From positions 5,282-69,281 of the forward strand of contig JAEZSC010000076.1 in NCBI GenBank assembly GCA_023422005.1: a stretch of 64,000 bases of DNA, read 5' to 3'. Within the stretch, counting starts at the first letter, position 1, and the number at the start of each line of letters is the position of its first letter. This document shows, in pieces, positions 45,038-54,977 of this stretch. Both the position numbers and the translations under genes were made by a program. The notes beneath the pieces were generated by a model, which searched no databases, was not told the origin of the DNA, and worked only from the letters and a program-made list of their open reading frames with translations. Source of the DNA: Bacillota bacterium. GTDB lineage: Bacteria; Bacillota; Clostridia; Christensenellales; UMGS416.

Positions 45038-46390
45038 TCACGGCAGATAGGCGCCGGCCTTCTGCAGCTTGGTGCGCAGCTCCTGTACGTCCACCTTGCG
45101 CACGTCGCCATCGGTGTGGGTGGCCATGGCGGCGGCCGCGCCGGCGGCTTCGCCCATGGCCAGGCACACGGGCATCACCCGTAGGCTGCCGTTGATGATG
45201 CGGTCGGAGGACACCGAGCGCCCGGCCAGCAGCACGTTGCGCAGGCCCTTGGGCGTCAGGCATCGGTAGGGGATGCCGTGGGATTCGCCGCGCTCATAGT
45301 GCACGGCTACCTTGTCCATGACTTCCTTGAAGCTTAGCTCACCCTTGGCCATTTTGTCGGCTTCTTCACGGGTGTTGTGCACGTCGATGTAATAACAGTT
45401 GCGGGCGATTTCGTCGGCGAAGGTGGTCCGGGCGACGAAATCCTCCCGGGTCAGGTAGTAATCGCCGATGACGCGCCGGGTCTCGCGGATGCCCATGAGC
45501 GAGCCGGTCTGCACGAGGAACGAGTTGCCGAAAGCCTCGGGGAAGTATTCGGCCAGGCCGTCGCGCATGTTGCGGGCCAGTTTGCGGCCGGTCATCAGCG
45601 CCTCGGTCAGGTTGGCGGGCTTGGTGTTGTCCACGCCGAACACGTGGCCGGCGTTGAAACCGACTGTGGCGGGGCCGATGAAGTTGTTGCACATGTGGGA
45701 GTCCTTAACGTAGGGGTACTTGTCGGACTTCGCCATCCTGTGCACGGGGCTGTCGGGATTGGCGCCGTGCAGCCTGACGCCATAGGTGTAGGCGTAGCTG
45801 TCCACATTGCTGAGCACGAAGCACAGGGAACCGGGCTGCAGCTCGCCGTCCGGGCCGCCCTGTTCAAACTGGGCGCCGGCCCACACGGCAAGGTCGCCGT
45901 CGCCGGTGCAGTCGATGTACACCTTGGCGCGGTAGGCGCACAGGCCGTCCTTGTTGGAGGCCAGCACCGCGGTCACGTTGCCCTCGCCGTCGGTCTCCAC
46001 GCCGCTTAAGAACGTGTTGAACAGCACCTGAGCGCCGCTTTCGCTCACCATGTCGTCATAGACGACCTTGAGCATCTCCGGGTCGATGGGCACCCAGTCC
46101 ACCAAAGTCTTGGGCACATGGGGCATCGTGGATTTTACCTTTTCCATGATCTGCTCGCCCAGGCCGGCATAGATGACCCGCTCCTTGTCGGAAAAGGGAC
46201 ACCACGCAGGAATCAGGCCGCTGGTGCCCATGCCGCCCAGGCAGCCGGTGGCTTCCAGCAGCAGCGTCTTGGCCCCTTCGCGGGCGGCAGCGATGGCGGC
46301 GGTGCAGCCGGCGGGGCCGCCGCCGGCCACGATGACGTCCCAGGAGTCGTCCATGGGAACGGTGCGTTGTTTCAGCTCGTAGCTCTTCAT
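45038..46390 (-). CDS. FAD-dependent oxidoreductase (FAD_oxidored-type), paralog 2
   Basis: The N-terminus reads DVIVAGGGPAGCTAAIAAAREGAKTLLLEATGCLGGMGTSG and the C-terminus contains AGRSVSSD..GSLRVMP..AMGEAAG. The ORF was trimmed from 46678 to ATG 46390. Confidence 0.8.
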   Translation of the reverse strand: MKSYELKQRTVPMDDSWDVIVAGGGPAGCTAAIAAAREGAKTLLLEATGCLGGMGTSGLIPAWCPFSDKERVIYAGLGEQIMEKVKSTMPHVPKTLVDWVPIDPEMLKVVYDDMVSESGAQVLFNTFLSGVETDGEGNVTAVLASNKDGLCAYRAKVYIDCTGDGDLAVWAGAQFEQGGPDGELQPGSLCFVLSNVDSYAYTYGVRLHGANPDSPVHRMAKSDKYPYVKDSHMCNNFIGPATVGFNAGHVFGVDNTKPANLTEALMTGRKLARNMRDGLAEYFPEAFGNSFLVQTGSLMGIRETRRVIGDYYLTREDFVARTTFADEIARNCYYIDVHNTREEADKMAKGELSFKEVMDKVAVHYERGESHGIPYRCLTPKGLRNVLLAGRSVSSDRIINGSLRVMPVCLAMGEAAGAAAAMATHTDGDVRKVDVQELRTKLQKAGAYLP

Positions 46391-46406
46391 ATCGCTTTCC
46401 TTTCTG

Positions 46407-47777
46407 TTACAGGAATTTGGCTCCCCGTTCTTGCATGATGGCGCGCACTTGGGCGCCGTCGATGTCTTTGGCCCGTGAGCCATTTTTAGCGGCCAGCGCC
46501 GCGCCGATGCCCGCGGCCTCGCCGCTGGCGCGGCACGTGTGCTGCACCCGCACCGAGGACTGGGCAACGAAATCCGCACCCAGGCAGCGCCCGGCCACGA
46601 ACAGGTTGTCCACCCCGGCCACGACAAGGCTGCGGAAGGGCACATGGTAATAACGCTCGCCGGGCTCGCGGGGTTCAAACTGCAGGCTGTCTTTTTCGTC
46701 GGCGTCGTGGATGTCCACGGGATAGTTGCTGGTGGCGATGTAATCGTCGAACCGGGCGAACTGCAGCACGTCCCGGCCGGTCAGCGTGTATTCGGTCTCT
46801 ATCCTGCGGCTCTCGCGGATGCCCAGCATCGGCGCGACCTCGCACAGACTGGCGTGCGCAAACCCGGGGATGCGCTGCCGCAGGAAGGCGACCAGCCGCA
46901 GGATGGCGCTGCGCCCCTGGGTCTGCTTGCCGGAGAGATACCGGGCGTCCAGCGTTTCGCGGGAGGAACCCAGCTCCGGGCAGTTGAAGCACAGATCACG
47001 GGGCTTGCCAGGCACCGAGAAGCACTGGAAATACTTGATGTCCTGCAGCGTCAGCAGGCCGTCCTCCAGGGCCTTGTCAAATACCGGGGTCAGCACCCAG
47101 CGGTCGTTGTGCAGCGTTGTGGCGGCGTGGAAGGTCGGGCCGTCGCCCTGCGGGTCGCCCAGGCTGTTCAGATAAAGCCGGAAGGCGGCGATGTCCACGC
47201 CGGTCATCAAAAAGCGCAGAGACACCGCCTGGTTGACGCCCTGGCCGTTGCCGCTCTGGTATCCCACCCCGGCCATCACGGAGAGGTCTCCGTCGCCGGT
47301 GCAATCGATGAAGTGACCGGCCTCGATGGCGGTGACGCCGTCGTCGTTGAAGACCACCGCGTGGGTCACACGGCTGCCATCCTTGATCACGCCGATCAGC
47401 GTCGTGTGATACAGGATGCCGCAGCCGGATTCCCCGATCATCTGCTCCAGCACGAACTTCAGCGCCAGCGGGTCGAACCACCCTTTGTTGGCGTCGCCGG
47501 GCAGCGCCGCACCCATGGCGGCCAGCCGGGCGCGGGCCTCATCGGCCAGAGCGGAGGATTGCGGATCGCCGGTGATGTGTGAATGCATGACCGGCATCAC
47601 CAGCGCCATGGTCTGCGAGCCCCCCGGCGCCCCGAACTGTTCGATGATCAGCGTTTGCGCGCCCATGCGGGCCGCCGATATGCCGGCGAAGGCGCCGGTG
47701 GTGCCGCCGCCGGCCACCAGCACTTCGCAGCGCTGTGAAACCGGCACGCTCCCTTTTTCAAAGCTCATGATATGCAT
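46407..47777 (-). CDS. FAD-dependent oxidoreductase (FAD_oxidored-type), paralog 3 (more divergent)
   Basis: The N-terminus reads EVLVAGGGTTGAFAGISAARMGAQTLIIEQFGAPGG and the C-terminus contains AGRCLGAD...SSVRVQH..ASGEAAG. An AGGAGA SD lies 5 nt before ATG 47777. Confidence 0.8.
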   Translation of the reverse strand: MHIMSFEKGSVPVSQRCEVLVAGGGTTGAFAGISAARMGAQTLIIEQFGAPGGSQTMALVMPVMHSHITGDPQSSALADEARARLAAMGAALPGDANKGWFDPLALKFVLEQMIGESGCGILYHTTLIGVIKDGSRVTHAVVFNDDGVTAIEAGHFIDCTGDGDLSVMAGVGYQSGNGQGVNQAVSLRFLMTGVDIAAFRLYLNSLGDPQGDGPTFHAATTLHNDRWVLTPVFDKALEDGLLTLQDIKYFQCFSVPGKPRDLCFNCPELGSSRETLDARYLSGKQTQGRSAILRLVAFLRQRIPGFAHASLCEVAPMLGIRESRRIETEYTLTGRDVLQFARFDDYIATSNYPVDIHDADEKDSLQFEPREPGERYYHVPFRSLVVAGVDNLFVAGRCLGADFVAQSSVRVQHTCRASGEAAGIGAALAAKNGSRAKDIDGAQVRAIMQERGAKFL

Positions 47778-47790
47778 CGTGTCTCCTGAC

Positions 47791-47844
47791 AGCAGGCCGC
47801 AGGGGCCTGCTTAAGGGGCTACATACGGTCGTACATAGCCCCTT
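47791..47844 (-). promoter_or_regulatory. Two consecutive intercistronic hairpins after the SBP gene
   Basis: The hairpins are AGCAGGCC-gcagg-GGCCTGCT (47791..47811) and AAGGGGCTA-14nt-TAGCCCCTT (47813..47844). No U-tract follows on the transcribed strand. Confidence 0.4.
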
Positions 47845-47861
47845 GTTGCGGCGTTTGTGTT

Positions 47862-49466
47862 TTACTTGAACAGCTCTTCGGGATAATCGGTCGGGTTGTC
47901 TTTGGACCACTTGGACATGGCGTCCTTCATGGCCTGGCCGCCGGAGGACATATAGTCGCTCAGGAAAGCGGTGAAGTCCTCATCGGTGGTCTTGTTCTCC
48001 ACGATGGCCTTTAGCATGAAGTCGTTGAGCTTGGTGGCCAGCGCCTGGGAGTTCTGCTGCACCTCGGGCAGGCCGTTGGCGAAGGAGGAACGGTCCAGGA
48101 TCAGCGTGGCGTCGGTCAGGTTGGAGTTCACGAACTCATAGGCCACGGCCATCTCGGCGGTCTTGCGCACGCGGGCCTGCCACTGCTTGAACTCCACGGC
48201 TCTATCCTGCATGCCGATGAACTGGTTGGCCCAGTTCAGGTCGTTGAAGGCCGGGAAGATCGGGTAATAGTTGCCGTTCTTGACCTCGTAGTGGGTGCCC
48301 TCGTCGCCGATGTGGGTAGCCAGGAAGGTCTTGGGCTCGGAGAGCAGGTTCATGTAGTTGACGGCGTGCTCGGGCGCCTTGGAGGACCTGGGTACGCCGT
48401 AATACTTGGCTACGCCGGAGATGTTCTGCAGCACATACTTGCCGCTCTTATCCTTCAGGGGCGTGGTGAACATCACGAGGTCCTTGGAGAGTTTATTGGC
48501 TTCCAGCGCGGGTACCAGGCGCGGGAGCTCCCAAATGGCGTATTGGCTCACATAAGCACCGGTGCCGGTGAACTTCTGGTCGATGTTTTCGGACTTGTTG
48601 ATGGGCAGATCAGGGTCCAGCAAGCCGTCCTTATACAGCCCGGCCATATAGCGGATGTAGTCCTTGAAGCCCTGCTGCTCGGCGATGTTGACATAACCGT
48701 TGGCGGTTTCGATCCAGGTGATATTGGGCAGGCCGAATGCGGTCATCAGGTCCTTTTGCCACACGCCCTGGGCGGTCATCGGCGCCATGTTCTTGGCGGC
48801 CTTGATGGCCTTCAGGAAGGCGGTAAAGGAGTCCAGATCCGTAGGGATGGTCAGCTTGAGCTCGTCCAGGATCTCCTGTTTGGTCATGAAGACATGGTCA
48901 AACCGGGTGCCGAACGTGATGCCGATGCCGTCGCCGGACTGACGGGGCAGGCCCACGGTCTCGCCGGCAGCGTTTTTGGAGGCCTTCCAGGCCAGGTCAG
49001 ACACGGCGGGCAGGATGTAGTCGCCGTAATCTGCCAGATACTTGTCCAGCGCGGTGAGCACGCCGATGTCGGCCAGGCGGCCAAACATGGTGCCGGAGAG
49101 CTCTACGAGGTCATACTCGTTGCCGGAGGACATTTCCAGCATGAGCTTCTCATCACCGTTGGAGGTCGGAAGCATCTCATATTTGACCTGATAGCCGGTC
49201 AGCTCCATCATCTTCTTGCACGGAATGTCCTCGTTGGGGTCATAGGTGCGGCCGCCCACCAGGAACTTGAGAACCGGTCGGTTCTCCGTGAGCGTGTCCT
49301 TGGTGGCGGGAGCCGAGGGGGTGGCTTCCGCGCTGGGCGCTACGGACGCCGCTTCCGTGGCTGCCGCGGAGGGCGAGGTTGTGGCGGCGGGCGTGGATGT
49401 GCAGGCGGTCAGCGCAATGCCGAACACCAGCGCCAGAGCCAGCACCATCACGAGCGTTTTCTTCAT
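47862..49466 (-). CDS. Extracellular solute-binding lipoprotein (LplA-type)
   Basis: The signal peptide carries the lipobox LTAC and is followed by a Thr/Ser/Ala/Pro linker. An AAGGAGGA SD is present. Confidence 0.9.
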   Translation of the reverse strand: MKKTLVMVLALALVFGIALTACTSTPAATTSPSAAATEAASVAPSAEATPSAPATKDTLTENRPVLKFLVGGRTYDPNEDIPCKKMMELTGYQVKYEMLPTSNGDEKLMLEMSSGNEYDLVELSGTMFGRLADIGVLTALDKYLADYGDYILPAVSDLAWKASKNAAGETVGLPRQSGDGIGITFGTRFDHVFMTKQEILDELKLTIPTDLDSFTAFLKAIKAAKNMAPMTAQGVWQKDLMTAFGLPNITWIETANGYVNIAEQQGFKDYIRYMAGLYKDGLLDPDLPINKSENIDQKFTGTGAYVSQYAIWELPRLVPALEANKLSKDLVMFTTPLKDKSGKYVLQNISGVAKYYGVPRSSKAPEHAVNYMNLLSEPKTFLATHIGDEGTHYEVKNGNYYPIFPAFNDLNWANQFIGMQDRAVEFKQWQARVRKTAEMAVAYEFVNSNLTDATLILDRSSFANGLPEVQQNSQALATKLNDFMLKAIVENKTTDEDFTAFLSDYMSSGGQAMKDAMSKWSKDNPTDYPEELFK

Positions 49467-49521
49467 TGGGTGAATCCTCCTTTTTTATTTGCCCCATGCT
49501 TGCGCATGTATAAGCCGTGTG

Positions 49522-50406
49522 TCAGCCTTTCACCGAGCCGATGTTGATACCCTTGACGAAATACCGCTGCAGGAACGGATAAACCAGAAGGATGGGCAGT
49601 GTGGCCAGCATGATCGTTGTGGCGCGTATGGAATCGGGCGCAGTGTTCATGTATTTATCCACGTCCATCTGCATCGTGGCCGGGTCTGCTGCGGTCATCG
49701 TGGATGTCACCAGGTCATACAGGTATTGCTGCAGGGGTTTGAGCGAGGGGTTGGTGATGTAGAGCACGCCGGAGAAGTAGTTGTTCCAATACCCCACGGC
49801 ATAGAACAAGCCAACCGTAGCGATGACCGGCATGGACATGGGGATGACGATGGAGAAAAGCGTGCGCAGGTTCGTGGCGCCGTCTATCTTGGCGGATTCC
49901 TCCACGCTCTCGGGCAGCTGTTCGTAGAATGTCTTGATCAGCAGCACGTTGAAGACCGAAAGCATGCCCGGCAGCACCAGCGCCCAAATTTTATTGATCA
50001 GGCCCAGAGTCTTGAACAGCACGTAGTTGGGGATGATGCCGCCGTTGAAGAGCATGATGAAGATGAAGACCAGCAGCAGGGGTTTCCTGCCCACCATTTC
50101 CGGCTTGGAAAGGGGATAGGCCACCGTGGTTGTCAGCAGCATTGCGCATACCGTGCCCACAATGGTGACGAACGCCGACACGCCGAAGGCATTCATGAAT
50201 TCCGGCTGGTCCAGCACGTAGCGGTAGGTGTCAAACTGCAGGCCCATGGGCCAGAACAGCACCTTGCCCGCCACGACCGCCGCCTCGCCGGACAGGGACT
50301 TGGACAGCACATACAGGAAAGGCAGCAGCGTTGCAAGCCCAAACAGCACCAGCACAATGTGGTTGACAATATCGAAGATGACTTCACTCAATGACTTGCG
50401 TTTCAT
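49522..50406 (-). CDS. Carbohydrate ABC transporter permease (LplC-like)
   Basis: The EAA loop reads ESVEESAKIDGATNLRT, and the protein has 6 TM segments. Confidence 0.9.
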   Translation of the reverse strand: MKRKSLSEVIFDIVNHIVLVLFGLATLLPFLYVLSKSLSGEAAVVAGKVLFWPMGLQFDTYRYVLDQPEFMNAFGVSAFVTIVGTVCAMLLTTTVAYPLSKPEMVGRKPLLLVFIFIMLFNGGIIPNYVLFKTLGLINKIWALVLPGMLSVFNVLLIKTFYEQLPESVEESAKIDGATNLRTLFSIVIPMSMPVIATVGLFYAVGYWNNYFSGVLYITNPSLKPLQQYLYDLVTSTMTAADPATMQMDVDKYMNTAPDSIRATTIMLATLPILLVYPFLQRYFVKGINIGSVKG

Positions 50407-50418
50407 GTGCGCCTCTTT

Positions 50419-51393
50419 CTACCAGATGGATTTGCCGGTGATGCGCCGGGAGAAGAAGTTGCAGCTGATGACCAGGATGAAGGCAACCAGCGAGTTGAAC
50501 AGGCCCACCGCCGTTCCGAAGGAGAAATTCAGCCTGCCCAAGCCCTCACGGTAGACGTAGGTGCCTATGATGTCGGCCACGTCGTACACTGCTGGGTTGT
50601 ACATGATGAAAATCTGCTCAAAGCCCGCGTCCAGTATGCGGCTGACCCTCAGGATCAGCATCATGACGATGGTCGGCACGATGGAGGGCAGCGTGATGTG
50701 GCGCATTTGCTTGATCTTGCCGGCGCCGTCGATCATGGCTGCTTCGTACAGCGACGGGTCTATGCCGGTGATGGCCGCCAGATAGATGATGGATCCCCAT
50801 CCGACCTCCTTCCACGCGTCGGTGAACACCAATGTGGCCCGGAACCACGACTTGTTGATCAAAAACATAATGGGTTCGCTGCCCAAGGATTTCAGCGCCA
50901 AGTTGACGATACCCGTGGATCCCAGCAGTGACACGAAGATGCCGCTGACGACCGCCCAGGATAGGAAGTGGGGCAGATAAACGATGGTCTGCAGCCCTCT
51001 TTTGAAGTACAGGTTGCTGACCTCGTTGATCAACATGGCCAGCAGAATGGGCAGAGGGAATACGAAGACGATTTTCAGAGCGCTGATGACCAGCGTGTTG
51101 GAGAACACCTGACGGAAATCGTCGTTGGCGAACAGCTTGATGAAATGCTTGAGGCCCACCCATTTGGAAGCGAAGATGGACTGGATGGGGGAATCGGCGG
51201 CAAACATGTTGTAATCCTGAAAAGCGATGGCGATGCCGCCCAAGGGCAGATAGTTGAAGATCAGTACGTAGATCAGCGCGGGAATGATGAGCAGATACAT
51301 ATCGTAATTCCGCTTGACATACTGTATCTTTTGCTTTGTGGATCTTTTGCTTTTCTTTGTCCTGCCCTGGAGCTGGACGACTTGATTGGTCAT
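50419..51393 (-). CDS. Carbohydrate ABC transporter permease (LplB-like)
   Basis: The EAA loop reads YEAAMIDGAGKIKQ, and the protein has 6 TM segments. Confidence 0.9.
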   Translation of the reverse strand: MTNQVVQLQGRTKKSKRSTKQKIQYVKRNYDMYLLIIPALIYVLIFNYLPLGGIAIAFQDYNMFAADSPIQSIFASKWVGLKHFIKLFANDDFRQVFSNTLVISALKIVFVFPLPILLAMLINEVSNLYFKRGLQTIVYLPHFLSWAVVSGIFVSLLGSTGIVNLALKSLGSEPIMFLINKSWFRATLVFTDAWKEVGWGSIIYLAAITGIDPSLYEAAMIDGAGKIKQMRHITLPSIVPTIVMMLILRVSRILDAGFEQIFIMYNPAVYDVADIIGTYVYREGLGRLNFSFGTAVGLFNSLVAFILVISCNFFSRRITGKSIW

Positions 51394-51459
51394 ATCCTCA
51401 TCCCGCCTACTCGTATTGTGGAAATCAGTATATCAGGTGAAGTAGATCGGGATTAGTGT

Positions 51460-51488
51460 ACTGGATTATGATTTGCATAACTGGATTA
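51460..51488. promoter_or_regulatory. Direct repeat ACTGGATTA x2 with 20-bp periodicity upstream of the ABC operon (candidate regulator site)
   Basis: The copies lie at 51460..51468 and 51480..51488, in the 180-bp gap between the kinase stop and the permease start. Confidence 0.3.
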
Positions 51489-51573
51489 AGGTTTTTATGC
51501 AGTAGCTCCAATTGAGAGCCGATTTATGTAGGTAATCCGACAAAATGGAAAACGGCCGTAGATACGAGGCCGC

Positions 51574-53388
51574 TCAGGAATGCGATGGCCCGCCATCCAG
51601 CGGCAGCAGAATCCTCACGGTCGTCCCCGAGCCGATCGTGCTTTCGTAGGTCAGGCCGTAGGGTTCGCCGTAGAAGATGTGGATGCGGTGCTGCACGTTG
51701 CCCACGCCGTAGCCGTGCACGGCGTTCTGCTGCTTTTTGAGCTCCACGCCGGAAAGCAACTCGTGGATTTGCTTGTGGGTCATGCCGATACCGTCGTCGG
51801 CGATGGTTATGAGCATGTCGTCGCCGCCGCGCCCGACGCTGATGTTCAGAGTGCCGCCCTTGCGTTCGGATTTCATCAGTCCATGCATGATCGCGTTTTC
51901 CACGATGGGTTGCAGCAGCAGCTTCATAATTGGGCAGCCCAGCAGCGTGTCGTCGACGCTCCAAACCACGTGTATGGCGTCGTTGTAGCGCTTGTTCTGT
52001 ATCTCGATGTAGTAACACACATGGTCGATTTCATCCTTCACGGTCACGACATCCCTGCCCTTGGCCAGCGATTTGCGATAGAAGCCCGAGAGGGATGTGA
52101 TGATCCGGGGAAGCTCCTCGTGCTCGCCGCCCTTGGCCATCCAGTAGAGCATGTCCAGCGTGTTGTAGAGGAAGTGGGGGTTGATCTGGGATTGCAGCGC
52201 GTTCAAATCGGCGTGCTTGGCCTGCTGACCCAGCTCATAGCGCTCGTCCATCAGGCGGTTCATGCGCTCGAAGAGCAGGTTGATACAGTTTTGCAACCGG
52301 CCGATCACGTCACCGGATGACACCAGCAGGCGGGCGTTCACATCGCCGTCGCTGTATCGTTGCACCGTCTCGGTCATGCTCTTAACGGTGTTGGTGAAGC
52401 TGCGGGACAGCAGCAGCGTAACCAGTATGATCAACAGCACCACGGGGGCCATCACCATGAGCATCTGCCAGAACAGCGTGCGCCGGCCATGGTTCATCTT
52501 GTCCGAGGGCACCATCTCCACAAGGTACCAGTCGTGTACCTCCAGGGGCGTCCAGTTCACATACCAGCCCTTATAGCGCCCGGTTTTGATGCCCTGTGAT
52601 CCCGGGAACCGCGCAATGATCTCCTGTTTGTACCCTGCCTCCTGGGGCAGAACCATGGCGCGCATGGAGCCGCTCATGGCGATGATGGTTCCCGCGCTGT
52701 CCATGATGCACATGGCGTTGTCCGAAGGCGTTACGTTCTCCGAGAGGATGTTCTGCAGCCAGTCTTCGCTGATGTCGGCGATGGCCACGCCGATGAGCCG
52801 GTTGTTTCGTGTGTAATCGCGAATGCCTGTGGCCAGCGAAACCACGTCGTGGGTCACGAACAGCAGATATTCTTGCGTGTGGGTGGGGATGTAGACATAG
52901 GGCAGCCGCTTGACTTCCTCAAACCATGGCTGGCTCTCTATGGTGCTCAGTGGGAATGTGTTCACTGCTTCCACTGAGTAAAAAAGCTCGTCCCGCACAA
53001 ACAGCCGGGTCTTGAAGACGCTTTCGGTGGTGTTCACGAGGTTCACATAGCCCAGCAGGTTTCGCAGATCCAGGGATTGCTCGTAGATTCCCAGCTGCTT
53101 TGGGTCGGCGGAAAGTATATTGATGACATCGGGGATTGATGTCAGCGTGGACAGGGCGCTCTGGTTGGAAAGAAAATCGTTGTTGATGATCGTCGCCGTC
53201 TGACCCAGCGCGCGGTAGTCGCTGTTCACCGTCTCGTTGAAGATGATGCGCTCGGCGCTGCGAAAGAACAGCGGCGCCATGATGAACAACGGGATCAGCG
53301 CAAACAGCACAAAAACCGCCGCGACCTTCTGAAACAGCGAAAGCGAAACCAGTCTCTCCGAGTAAAATTGGTAAAGCCTGTTAAACAT
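51574..53388 (-). CDS. Sensor histidine kinase (YesM-like)
   Basis: The protein has two TM segments, a HAMP-like linker, the H-box QINPHFLYNTL, and the motif DDGIGM. It overlaps the response regulator stop by 8 nt. Confidence 0.9.
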   Translation of the reverse strand: MFNRLYQFYSERLVSLSLFQKVAAVFVLFALIPLFIMAPLFFRSAERIIFNETVNSDYRALGQTATIINNDFLSNQSALSTLTSIPDVINILSADPKQLGIYEQSLDLRNLLGYVNLVNTTESVFKTRLFVRDELFYSVEAVNTFPLSTIESQPWFEEVKRLPYVYIPTHTQEYLLFVTHDVVSLATGIRDYTRNNRLIGVAIADISEDWLQNILSENVTPSDNAMCIMDSAGTIIAMSGSMRAMVLPQEAGYKQEIIARFPGSQGIKTGRYKGWYVNWTPLEVHDWYLVEMVPSDKMNHGRRTLFWQMLMVMAPVVLLIILVTLLLSRSFTNTVKSMTETVQRYSDGDVNARLLVSSGDVIGRLQNCINLLFERMNRLMDERYELGQQAKHADLNALQSQINPHFLYNTLDMLYWMAKGGEHEELPRIITSLSGFYRKSLAKGRDVVTVKDEIDHVCYYIEIQNKRYNDAIHVVWSVDDTLLGCPIMKLLLQPIVENAIMHGLMKSERKGGTLNISVGRGGDDMLITIADDGIGMTHKQIHELLSGVELKKQQNAVHGYGVGNVQHRIHIFYGEPYGLTYESTIGSGTTVRILLPLDGGPSHS

Positions 53389-54919
53389 CCATGCTCATTT
53401 TCTTATACAGATTTGGCGACGTGCCCGTATGCTGGTTGAAGACGCGGGAGAAATATCCGACGTTGCGATATCCGACCATATCCGATATCTCGTTCACGGT
53501 ATGGTCGGTGCTCACCAGCAGCGTCTTGGCCTTGTCCATGCGCGCCTGTTGTACATACTGGTTGATCGTGATGCCCGTAACCTCCTTGAACAGCGCGCAC
53601 AGATAGGTGGGCGACAGATACACGTTGCGTGCGATGGCTTTAACCGATATGTCGCCGTCCAGATGTCTCCAAATGTATCGCTTGGCGCTGTAAATGGCGC
53701 CGATCTTCTTATCCTTTGTGAGGATGGTGCTGGTATATTTGTTGATCAACTGATAGAGGATGCCCATGAGTTGGTCCAGCGTGAAGGCAGACATCACGGC
53801 CTTCTGCAAGCCCACGGGATCGTCGGAAAGCCCTTCCAGGAACTCCTTATGATAATTGTCTTCCAGAATCTGGCAGATGCGCAGCGTCACGGATTTGATG
53901 TGGGACACCGGCGTGTCCGGGTTCTCGGCGAACCTGCCATAAATCCGCTCTACTGTCTCGGTGATGCGCAGTGGCTCGTTGTGCGCGCAGAAGGAGGCGA
54001 TGTCGGCAAGCTGGCTCTCTCCCGGCTTGTACTGGCCTCCCTTGCGATTGCCGGCGGTATTTACCGAGCCGATGCCCCGGAAAAATGCCAGCTCCAGCGC
54101 CTTGCAGGCCGCACGGTAGGATGAGCCTGCGTCCATCAGCGTCTGGAAACGGCTGCCTATGCCGATGGCGATGTGTTCCCTGGCCTCGGGCAAGCCGGTC
54201 AGCAGGGTGTCTGCCAGTTCGGTCACCCGTTGGGTCAGCGTGCCGCCCGCCCCGGTGCGCTCGTCCTTTATGAGCATCACGATCATATCACCCATGCGTA
54301 TGGTTGTATATCGGTAGTGTGGGTCTTCGGAAAAGGAGGATATCATGTGCAGTGTGAACATGTTGATCTGCTGCTCGGTGTCCACGGTATTCTCGTGCTT
54401 GTAATGCATAGCCGCCAGTATGATGTATTCCGCCGGGGCGTGCAACGCCGCGCCGGCCGTTTGGCGCAGGATGTCTTCGTTGTTGCCGGTCAGCAGCAGG
54501 CGCAGCGTCTCTTGATCAAAGGCCTGCGCCGGCATGCCCTCCGAGGATTTGCGCCGCTGAATGGCCCGTTCCAGGGCCTCCTTGAACTGGCATTCATCCA
54601 CCGGCTTGTCCAGATAGTCGATGGCGCCGATGCGGATGGCCGTCTTTAAGTATTCGCGGTCGGAATAGCCGCTCATGAAGATCACGGCTATGTCCGGGTC
54701 GATCTGCTTGGCCTTGAGCGAAAAGGCGATGCCATCCATGCCCGGCATGCGGATGTCGCACAGCAGGATGCCGGGATGATGGCGCTGGGTCAGTTCCAGC
54801 GCTTCCAGGCCATCGTGGGCCAGGCCTGCGATTTCCACATCCAGGCCGCTGTCCTTCACGCGTTGCGCCACACCTTCCAGCGTGCGCTGCTCGTCGTCCA
54901 CGATCAGAACCTTTTGCAC
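53381..54919 (-). CDS. Two-component response regulator, REC + long linker + AraC HTH (YesN-like)
   Basis: The start is GTG 54919, preceded by GGAGGTGA. The REC domain contains ILCDIRMPGMDG. The C-terminus is an AraC HTH. Confidence 0.9.
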   Translation of the reverse strand: MQKVLIVDDEQRTLEGVAQRVKDSGLDVEIAGLAHDGLEALELTQRHHPGILLCDIRMPGMDGIAFSLKAKQIDPDIAVIFMSGYSDREYLKTAIRIGAIDYLDKPVDECQFKEALERAIQRRKSSEGMPAQAFDQETLRLLLTGNNEDILRQTAGAALHAPAEYIILAAMHYKHENTVDTEQQINMFTLHMISSFSEDPHYRYTTIRMGDMIVMLIKDERTGAGGTLTQRVTELADTLLTGLPEAREHIAIGIGSRFQTLMDAGSSYRAACKALELAFFRGIGSVNTAGNRKGGQYKPGESQLADIASFCAHNEPLRITETVERIYGRFAENPDTPVSHIKSVTLRICQILEDNYHKEFLEGLSDDPVGLQKAVMSAFTLDQLMGILYQLINKYTSTILTKDKKIGAIYSAKRYIWRHLDGDISVKAIARNVYLSPTYLCALFKEVTGITINQYVQQARMDKAKTLLVSTDHTVNEISDMVGYRNVGYFSRVFNQHTGTSPNLYKKMSMDV

Positions 54920-54977
54920 CCGCTCACCTCCGCACCGGTCAACCCGATTCGAAATGTTGTGTAAATAGTATAACGGC

